From: Dehalococcoidia bacterium | GTDB lineage: Bacteria > Chloroflexota > Dehalococcoidia > Lucifugimonadales > Australimonadaceae | DNA: 64,000 nucleotides | Assembly (NCBI GenBank): GCA_965201135.1 | Contig: OZ241751.1 | Location: forward strand, 86,706-150,705 | Direction: 5' to 3' | Shown here: positions 1-6,501 of the stretch, in pieces | How positions within the stretch are numbered: position 1 is the stretch's first letter | Layout of the letters: the number at the start of each line of letters is the position of its first letter | Notes under the pieces: model-generated | Databases searched by the model: none | What the model was told of the DNA's origin: nothing | The model's input: only the letters and a program-made list of their open reading frames with translations | Translations under genes and position numbers: made by a program

Positions 1-1535
1 TCACGCCGATGGAGATCGGCGGCGGATTCGGCGGCAAAATCCAACTCTACCTGGAGCCGCTCGCCGCCCTCCTCTCCAAGAAAGCCGCTCGCCCCGTCAA
101 AATGACGATGGACCGCAAAGCCGTGTTCGACGCGACCGGCCCCGGCCCCGGCGGCCGGGTGACCGTCAAGATGGGCGTGAACGCCGCCGGCGAAATCGTC
201 GCCGCGGCCGCCGACATCCGCTATATGGCCGGCGCCTACCCCGGCTCCTCCATCAGCGCCGCGTCCGTCGGCGTGTTCGCCTGCTACAAAGTCCCCAACC
301 TCCGCATAGACGCCTACGACGTCGTCATCAATATGTCCAAAACCGCCGCCTACCGCGCGCCCGGAACCCCGCAGGCCGCCTTCGCCAGCGAGTCCCTCGT
401 CTCCGAACTCTGCGAAATGATCGGCATGCCCTCGATGGACTTCCACCTCCTCAACGCCGCTGAAGAGGGGACGCGCAGGCCCGACGGCCCCGTCTTCCCC
501 CGCGTCGGCAACAAAGCCTGCATGGAGGCCGTCCGCGACTCCGACCACTTCCAAAGCGACCTCCAACGCGAAGGCCCGGACGGCAAACTCCGCGGGCGCG
601 GCATGGCCAGCGGCTTCTGGAACGGCATCGGCAACCGCTCCTCCGTAACCATCAACGTCAACGACGATGGCGTCGTCTCCCTCGTCGAGGGCAACCCCGA
701 CATCGGCGGAACGCGCGCCACCATCGCAATGCAGGCCGCCGAAATCCTCGGCCTCCCCGCCGAAGACGTCCATCCCGCCGTCGTCGACACCGACGCCATC
801 GGCTACAACGACCTCACCGCAGGCTCCCGCACCACCTACGCCAGCGGACAGGCCGCCATAGAGGCCGCCCGCCTCGTCGTCGAAGAGATGAAGAAGCGCA
901 TGGCCCTCGTCTGGGAGACGGAGCCCGACAACGTCGAATTCGAGAGCGGCGTCTTCCGCAACAAACTCGCCCCCGACCAGACGCTCGCCTTCAAGCAGGC
1001 CGCAGGCAAACTCGGCCAGACGGGCGGCCCCGTCGCCAAGACCGGCACGGTCAACGTGCGCGGCTCCGGCGGCGGCAGTTTCGCGACCCACCTCGCCGAC
1101 GTCGAGATCGACCCGGAGACGGGCAAGACGCAGGTCATCCGCTACACCGCCGCGCAAGACGCCGGCAAAGCCGTCCATCCCTCCTACGTCGAAGGCCAGT
1201 TCCAGGGCGGCGCCGCGCAAGGCATCGGCTGGGCGCTCAACGAGGAGTACTACACCAGCGGCGACGGCGTGATGCTCAACTCCTCCTTCCTCGACTACCG
1301 CATGCCCACCGCGCTCGACCTCCCGATGCTGGATGCGATCATCGTCGAGACGCCCAACGCCAACCACCCGTTCGGCGTGCGCGGCATCGGCGAGACGAGC
1401 ATCGTCCCCCCCGCGCCCGCCGTCGCCAACGCCATCGCCGACGCCATTGGCGTCAGGCTCTACCAAACGCCGATGAACCCCGCCCGCGTAATGGAGGCCC
1501 TCTCCGCCAAACGCAACGCCGCAAACGGGGGTTAG
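1..1535 (+). CDS. Molybdopterin-binding large subunit of a xanthine dehydrogenase / aldehyde oxidase / CoxL-like enzyme, C-terminal part (5' end outside window)
   Basis: ORF 9..1535 is open to the window edge. Blocks GGGFGGK, AYRAPG, GSGGGSFATH..EIDPETG, AQDAGKAVHP, QGGAAQGIGWAL, LDYRMPT and GVRGIGE are typical of the MoCo-binding domains of this family. Confidence 0.85.
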   Translation, partial: TPMEIGGGFGGKIQLYLEPLAALLSKKAARPVKMTMDRKAVFDATGPGPGGRVTVKMGVNAAGEIVAAAADIRYMAGAYPGSSISAASVGVFACYKVPNLRIDAYDVVINMSKTAAYRAPGTPQAAFASESLVSELCEMIGMPSMDFHLLNAAEEGTRRPDGPVFPRVGNKACMEAVRDSDHFQSDLQREGPDGKLRGRGMASGFWNGIGNRSSVTINVNDDGVVSLVEGNPDIGGTRATIAMQAAEILGLPAEDVHPAVVDTDAIGYNDLTAGSRTTYASGQAAIEAARLVVEEMKKRMALVWETEPDNVEFESGVFRNKLAPDQTLAFKQAAGKLGQTGGPVAKTGTVNVRGSGGGSFATHLADVEIDPETGKTQVIRYTAAQDAGKAVHPSYVEGQFQGGAAQGIGWALNEEYYTSGDGVMLNSSFLDYRMPTALDLPMLDAIIVETPNANHPFGVRGIGETSIVPPAPAVANAIADAIGVRLYQTPMNPARVMEALSAKRNAANGG

Positions 1536-1627
1536 GGACGAGAGAGGTCGCCGCGAAGCGGCGGAAGCCGGTACTGCGGCTGCGGACGCCGCGCCGAACG
1601 GCAACGGCGCCACGCTTCCCCCTTGCC

Positions 1628-1652
1628 GTCATTCCCGCGTAGGCGGGAATCT
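1628..1652. repeat. R1 hairpin repeat (GTCATTCCCGCG-TAG-GCGGGAAT)
   Basis: Palindromic TTCCCGC/GCGGGAA stem. The same unit recurs about 40 times in the window. Confidence 0.85.
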
Positions 1653-1687
1653 CGGCCCTTTGAGCGCGCAACGCGCCCGCATCCCTC

Positions 1688-2231
1688 TACGCGCGCCGGC
1701 GAGTTGGGCCATCTTGACTGCCATTACCTCGGCAAGGACCAGATCGTTGGGAGCAAGAGCCGCCGCTACCTCGTGTCCGTGGTGGACGCCTGCACGCGGC
1801 TGGTTTGGGCGGAGGCGGCGGACGACCTGAAGAGCCTGAGCGTGATGTTCGCGGCGCTCAAGAGCCTCAACCTGCTGAACGCGGAGTACGGGATTCGGTT
1901 CGAGGCCGTGTTGACGGACAACGGGGCGGAGGTGGCCTCGCGGGGGAACGTTGAGGGGCATCCGGTGGAGCGGCTGCTGGGGGAGTTGGGGATCAAGCAT
2001 CGCTACACGCGGCCGTACCGGCCGCAGACGAACGGGAAGGTGGAGCGGTTCTGGCGGACGCTGAACGAGGAGTTGCTGGAGGGGACGACGTTCGAGACGG
2101 CGGAGGAGTTGCGTGAGGAGTTGGCGCTCTACCTGCTGTACTACAACACGGCGCGTCCGCATCAGGGTTTGGGGGGCAAGACGCCCCTCCAGGCCCTGCA
2201 GGATCTGTCAACGAATTACTTGACATCTACA
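1688..2231 (+). mobile_element. 5'-truncated IS481-family copy (integrase-core half only)
   Basis: ORF 1623..2243 matches the C-terminal rve/DDE half of the full copy at 62654..63696 (GELGHLDC..RPYRPQTNGKVERF..ARPHQGLGG). It ends in the same terminal IR, TGTCAACGAATTACTTGACATCTACA (2206..2231). The N-terminal HTH part is absent, and the first residues of the ORF are a read-through of an R1 repeat. Confidence 0.8.
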
Positions 2232-2530
2232 ATTCCCGCGTAAGCGGGAACCTACCCCCAAGCGCCCCGTCATTCCCGCGTAAGCGGGAACCTACCCCCA
2301 AGCGCCCCGTCATTCCCGCGTAAGCGGGAACCTACCCCCAAGCGCCCCGTCATTCCCGCGTAAGCGGGAACCTACCCCCAAGCGCCCCGTCATTCCCGCG
2401 AAAGCGGGAACCTACCTCCACTGCCGTCATTCCCGCGAAGGCGGGAACCTACCTCCACTGCCGTCATTCCCGCGAAGGCGGGAACCTACCCCCTCTACCG
2501 TCATTCCGCGAAAGCGAGACCCTACCCCAC
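2232..2530. repeat. Tandem array of about 8 R1 hairpin units (5 x 40-bp period, then 37-38-bp variants)
   Basis: ATTCCCGCGTAAGCGGGAACCTACCCCCAAGCGCCCCGTC recurs at 2232, 2272, 2312, 2352 and 2392. Variant units with a GAAAG/GAAGG loop follow to about 2530. Confidence 0.9.
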
Positions 2531-2532
2531 CT

Positions 2533-2760
2533 GCGACAAACGCCCCTTGCGCCGCCGCCCCCTCTATCCCTTACGATGGATCACGCCGCGATCAGGCGGC
2601 GCAGGCGGACGCGGACGAGGCAGGCGAGAGGGGGCGCCTCATTCTGCATCATTTCCGCCTCAAATAGCCCCAAACCAGCCCCAAAACCGACTCAAAGGCG
2701 CCTCACGGCGAACCCGGCGCTAGGAGTAAATGAGTCAAAATGATGCAAAATGATGCAGCC
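2533..2760 (+). repeat. R5 repeat family (about 220 bp), copy A, divergent arms
   Basis: Shares GCGACAAACGCCCCTTGCGCCG.. at its start and ..ACCCGGCGCTAGGAGTAAAT near its end with the copies at 35930 and 60284. Its arms carry TGCATCATTT / AAATGATGCA instead of GGCACCATTT / AAATGGTGCC. Confidence 0.6.
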
Positions 2761-2779
2761 CTTAAGCAAAGCGCGGCCG

Positions 2780-2888
2780 GACGGGGCGCCTGCCCCGTCT
2801 CCCTCAATCCCCAGGCGCCTCGTCATTCCCGCGAAAGCGAGAACCTACCGGAGTGCGCGCCCCGTCCGCGAAAGCGGGAACCTACCGG
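2780..2888. repeat. Hairpin-repeat cluster (R4 GACGGGGC-N4-GCCCCGTC, one R1, one partial R1)
   Basis: Direct reading. R4 lies at 2780..2799, R1 at 2822..2848 and a partial R1 at 2866..2888. Confidence 0.7.
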
Positions 2889-2987
2889 AGCCGCCCGCGC
2901 CGTCGTGGTATGCTTCGCCGCGTATGGCACGCCTGCTCGAATTCGCAGATTCGCGCGACGCCGCGAACGGCCGCTAGGACGCGTGAG

Positions 2988-3263
2988 GTGGCGGTCGTCT
3001 ACATCCCCCTCCCCCTGCGCGCCTACGCCGGCGGCGAGGCCAAACTGGAGGCCCCCGGCGCGACGCTCCGCGCCCTCGTCCGCAACCTCGACGACCGCTG
3101 CCCAGGCCTCCGCGAGCGCGTCGTCCATCCCGACGACCCCGACCGCCTGATGCCGGGCCTCGCCGCCGTCGTGGACGGCGAGCCTACGAATATGGGCATG
3201 CTCACGCCGCTCGCCCCGGACTCCGAGGTCCACTTCCTGCCCGCCATCGCCGGAGGCGCCTAA
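2988..3263 (+). CDS. MoaD/ThiS/CysO-family ubiquitin-like sulfur-carrier protein (about 91 aa)
   Basis: The in-frame GTG at 2988 gives MAVVYIPLPLRAYAGGEAKLEAPGATLRALV..LDDRCPGLRERV..EVHFLPAIAGGA. Length, beta-grasp pattern and near-C-terminal GG fit the family. The longer track ORF from 2853 runs through repeats. Confidence 0.65.
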   Translation: MAVVYIPLPLRAYAGGEAKLEAPGATLRALVRNLDDRCPGLRERVVHPDDPDRLMPGLAAVVDGEPTNMGMLTPLAPDSEVHFLPAIAGGA

Positions 3264-4426
3264 TGCGCCTCGCATCCCGAATGGCGCTCCTCGGCACCGA
3301 AACCGCGTTCGAGGCGCTCGCCCGCGCCAAAGCCCTCGAGGCCCAGGGGCGCGACATCGTTTTCCTCGGCATCGGCGAGCCCGACTACGACACGCCTCCC
3401 CACATCGTCGATGCCGCCAAGGACGCGCTCGACGACGGCCACACCCACTACGTCCCCTCGCCGGGCCTCCCCGAAGCCCGCGAGGCCGTCGCCGCCGCCG
3501 TCGGGCGCAGGCTAAACTGCGAAATCCCCGCCTCCCGCGTCGTCATCACGCCCGGCGGCAAGCCCGTTATGTTCTTCGCCATCCTCGCGCTCGCCCAGGA
3601 AGGCGACGAGGTCGTCTACCCCAACCCCGGCTTCCCCATCTACGAGTCAATGATCCGGTTCGCGGGCGCGACCCCCGTGCCGATGCGCCTCCGCGAGGAA
3701 CTCGGCTACAACCCCGACCCCGACGAACTCGCATCCCTCGTGACCCCGCGAACGCGCCTCATCATCGTCAACTCCCCCAACAACCCCTGCGGAAGCGTGA
3801 TGCCCGCCGAGACGCTCCGCCGCGTCGCCGAACTCGCCGTCGAAGCGGACGCCGCCGTCCTCTCCGACGAAATCTACAAAGACTTCCATTACGACGGCGC
3901 GCATCTCTCCATCACGAGTTTCCCCGGCCTGTGGGAGCGAACCATCCTGCTGGACGGCCTCTCCAAAAGTTACGCGATGACCGGCTGGCGCATCGGCTAC
4001 GGCGTGCTCCCGGAGTCCCTCGTCGAGCCCGTCTCTCGCCTGATCACCAACAGCGTCTCCTGCACCGCGGCCTTCGGGCAGGTCGCCGCGATGACCGCGC
4101 TGCGAGCGCCGCAGGACTCCGTCCGCGAAATGGTCGCCGAGTTCGCAAAGCGCCGCGTCCTCCTCGTGGACGGCCTCAACCGGCTTCCCGGCGTCTCCTG
4201 CCCTATGCCCGGCGGCGCCTTCTACGCCTTCCCCAACGTCGCGGGCACGGGAATGACCAGCGCCGAATTCGAGCGCGGCGCGCTGGACGAGGCCGGCGTC
4301 TCCCTTCTCGCCGGAACCTCCTTCGGCGCCTACGGCGAGGGCTACGCTCGCATCTCCTTCGCCAACTCCCAAGCCAACATCCGCGAAGCCCTCGACCGCC
4401 TCGCCCGCTGGCTCGCCGCCCGCTAA
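3263..4426 (+). CDS. Class I/II PLP-dependent aminotransferase (aspartate/aromatic type)
   Basis: 387 aa with NPGFPIY, NSPNNPCG and SKSYAMTGWRIGY (PLP-lysine motif). Its ATG overlaps the upstream stop (TAATG). Confidence 0.85.
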   Translation: MRLASRMALLGTETAFEALARAKALEAQGRDIVFLGIGEPDYDTPPHIVDAAKDALDDGHTHYVPSPGLPEAREAVAAAVGRRLNCEIPASRVVITPGGKPVMFFAILALAQEGDEVVYPNPGFPIYESMIRFAGATPVPMRLREELGYNPDPDELASLVTPRTRLIIVNSPNNPCGSVMPAETLRRVAELAVEADAAVLSDEIYKDFHYDGAHLSITSFPGLWERTILLDGLSKSYAMTGWRIGYGVLPESLVEPVSRLITNSVSCTAAFGQVAAMTALRAPQDSVREMVAEFAKRRVLLVDGLNRLPGVSCPMPGGAFYAFPNVAGTGMTSAEFERGALDEAGVSLLAGTSFGAYGEGYARISFANSQANIREALDRLARWLAAR

Positions 4427-4484
4427 TTGCCTGCGGCGGCAAGTTGCGCCGCGCCCCTCCCCCCGTCAATCCCGCCCCTCCTCC

Positions 4485-4621
4485 GTCATTCCCGGCGAAA
4501 GCGGGAACCTACCCCGCGTCCCCGTCCCGCCCCCCGAACGGCGCTGCGTCCCCTTTGCCGTCATTCCGGCGTAGGCCGGAATCCAGAGGCGCGCAAGCGC
4601 CTAGCCCCCCCTCTCCCTATA
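4485..4621. repeat. Mosaic of hairpin repeats (R1, R1 variant, R3 GGCGCGCAAGCGCC, left half of R2)
   Basis: R1 lies at 4485..4513 and an R1 variant (GTCATTCCGGCGTAGGCCGGAATCC) at 4560..4584, followed by R3. The R2 left half CCCCCCTCTCCCTATA ends at 4621, where the IS5 element begins. Confidence 0.8.
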
Positions 4622-5827
4622 GAGACCTTTGCATAACCTTCCGCAATCGCGCACAATGACCGCAACCCGCAACCGCGAGGAGACTGCTATGCATCTCGAA
4701 GCCAGCGACCCCTCCTTCATCGACGCCTTCCTCCCTTTCAACGCAGGCCGCAACGACCGGCTCGACCGCATCGACCGCCTCATCGATTGGCCCAAAGTCG
4801 CAGCCCTACTCGACGATGTCCACGCCGCGCCCGAAGGACGGCCCGCCTACCGCCCGATCACGATGGTCAAGATCATCGTCCTCCAGCAGTGGTACGACTC
4901 CTCCGACGTCGGCATGGAGGAGGCGCTCCAAGACCGGCTGTCGTTCCGCCGCTTCGCGGAGCTCACGCTGACGGACGCGGTTCCCGACCACTCGACGATC
5001 AGCCGGTTTCGGAAGAAGATCACGGAGCGGGGGCTGGCGCGGGCGCTGTTCGCGGAAGTGAATCGGCAGTTGGAGGCGAAGGGCATGCTGGTGAAGCGCG
5101 GAACGCTGATCGACGCGACGATCATCGAGGCGCAGGCGCGGCGCCCGCATTCGGAGGCTGGAGCGCGGAGCGGAACGGACCCCGACGCCGCGTGGACGAA
5201 GAAGGGGAAGAAGTCGCATTTCGGCTACAAGATGCACATAGGGATGGACGCGGGGTCAGGGCTGGTGCGCGGGGTTGAGTTCACGCCTGCGAACGTTGCG
5301 GACACGGATGTTGCGGACGCGCTGATCATGGGGGACGAAGAGGCGGTGTACGCGGACAAGGCGTATGAGTCGAAGGAGCGTCGTGAGCGTCTGCGGGCGC
5401 AGGGCGTGAAGGATCGGATCATGCATCGGGGGCATAAGCATCAGACGGAGCTGCCGCATTGGCAGCGGCGGCGGAACGGGCTGCTGTCGAAGGTTCGGGC
5501 GCCGGTGGAGCAGGTGTTTGGGACGCTGAAGCGCAGCTATGGGTACTGGCGGGTTCGGTACATGGGGCTAATGAGGAACGAGGCGGAGGCGTTGTTCAAG
5601 GCGCTGGCGTACAACCTGCGGCGCGCGGACGGGTTGAGAGAGGGTTGCGCTGTGCATGGGTAGGGGCGTATTGCGCCCGTTGGGGGTACGAGGCCCTGCG
5701 AAGCCCCTAAATTGGGGGCGAGCAGGGGAGGTGGAGGCCGTTATCGGGGGATTTGGGCGGTTGAATGGCTGATTCCGGGGGCGCGGAACTGCCGATCGCG
5801 CTGATGCGAGGGTTATGCAAAGGACTC
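4622..5827 (+). mobile_element. Complete IS5-family insertion sequence (1206 bp)
   Basis: The TIRs GAGACCTTTGCATAACC (4622..4638) and GGTTATGCAAAGGACTC (5811..5827) match at 16 of 17 positions. Flanking 5-bp direct repeats CTATA lie at 4617..4621 and 5828..5832. The interior encodes a DDE transposase. Confidence 0.9.
4689..5663 (+). CDS. IS5-family DDE transposase (InsH-like N-terminal domain + DDE_Tnp_1)
   Basis: RPAYRPITMVKIIVLQQWY..LSFRRF, LIDATIIEA, HFGYKMHIGMD, AVYADKAY and VEQVFGTLKRSYGYWRVRYMGL. The ATG at 4689 follows GAGGAG; the track ORF starts at a TTG at 4629, inside the TIR. Confidence 0.9.
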   Translation: MHLEASDPSFIDAFLPFNAGRNDRLDRIDRLIDWPKVAALLDDVHAAPEGRPAYRPITMVKIIVLQQWYDSSDVGMEEALQDRLSFRRFAELTLTDAVPDHSTISRFRKKITERGLARALFAEVNRQLEAKGMLVKRGTLIDATIIEAQARRPHSEAGARSGTDPDAAWTKKGKKSHFGYKMHIGMDAGSGLVRGVEFTPANVADTDVADALIMGDEEAVYADKAYESKERRERLRAQGVKDRIMHRGHKHQTELPHWQRRRNGLLSKVRAPVEQVFGTLKRSYGYWRVRYMGLMRNEAEALFKALAYNLRRADGLREGCAVHG

Positions 5828-5932
5828 CTATAAGGGGAGAGGACGCCGCGAACGCGGCGGGAGAGGGTACTGCGTAGACGAGGCGCAGCCTCGTCTACGG
5901 GGGCGGGATTCCCGCCTACGCGGGAATGACGG
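5828..5932. repeat. Right half of the IS-split R2 repeat, a GTAGACGAGG/CCTCGTCTAC hairpin, and R1 (reverse)
   Basis: CTATAAGGGGAGAGGACGCCGCGAACGCGGCGGGAGAGGGTACTG lies at 5828..5872 and GGGATTCCCGCCTACGCGGGAATGACGG at 5905..5932. Confidence 0.8.
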
Positions 5933-6002
5933 GATGGGGCGCGGCGCGGAGAGCGAATGGCGGCGGGCGCGGAGAGAGGGGTAAGATTGCAACGGGGCGG
6001 CG

Positions 6003-6031
6003 TTGACAATATGCGCGGGCGCTGATAGAAA
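6003..6031 (+). promoter_or_regulatory. Putative sigma70-type promoter of surface-protein paralog 1
   Basis: TTGACA (6003..6008), 17 nt, TAGAAA (6026..6031), with TG one nt upstream of the -10. The identical arrangement and flanks recur at 15349..15377 upstream of paralog 3. Confidence 0.5.
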
Positions 6032-6186
6032 GGGGGTGCGCGCTAGACGCGGGGAGGCGAGGTTTGGCCGGAACTGCCCATCGCACCCTATTGCATAATG
6101 GGGCGGAGAGGTTGGACAATAGCGTCTCCTGCCGCGCCTTGCGCCCCGTGCATAGCGGGCAGGCGGTGTGATATAGTAGGGCGAGC

Positions 6187-6446
6187 GTGCGCCGAAACAG
6201 GGGCGCGGGCGCAGGATCAGAGGAACAGCGTCCGGGTAAGCCGGGCGCAAAGGACAACGAGACAGGCGCCGCGTCCAGGGTAAGCCGGGCGCGGAGGGAC
6301 AACGAGACAGGTGCCGCGTCCGGGGCAGCCGGGCGCGGAGGACAACGAGACAGGCGCCGCGTCCGGGGCAGCCGGGCGCGGAGGACAACGAGACAGGCGC
6401 CGCATCCGGGGCAGCCGGGCGCGGAGAACGGCGAGACAGACACCGG
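6187..6446. repeat. Tandem repeat of about 43 bp, 5-6 copies, each with a GC-rich hairpin
   Basis: Units start at 6230, 6273, 6318, 6361 and 6404, with a degenerate copy before 6230. The unit is GTCCGGGGCAGCCGGGCGCGGAGGACAACGAGACAGGCGCCGC, and CCGCGTCCGG..CCGGGCGCGG can pair. Confidence 0.85.
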
Positions 6447-6501
6447 CTCTCGGTGAGAGCGCCAAACCCATAGAGACTACGGCTCCACAAGGGGGGTAGA
6501 A

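Noticed and set aside
2232-2530. CRISPR-like appearance: regularly spaced palindromic repeats with a 37-40-bp period.
   Set aside because: The segments between the hairpins are themselves identical from unit to unit, so there are no unique spacers. The same hairpin is dispersed singly throughout the window, and no cas genes are adjacent. It is a tandem REP-type array.
6098-6499. Repetitive ORFs with NETGAASG/RARR motifs upstream of paralog 1.
   Set aside because: They are translations of the 43-bp tandem repeat in several frames and both strands. They have no SD and lie in a predicted 5' UTR.
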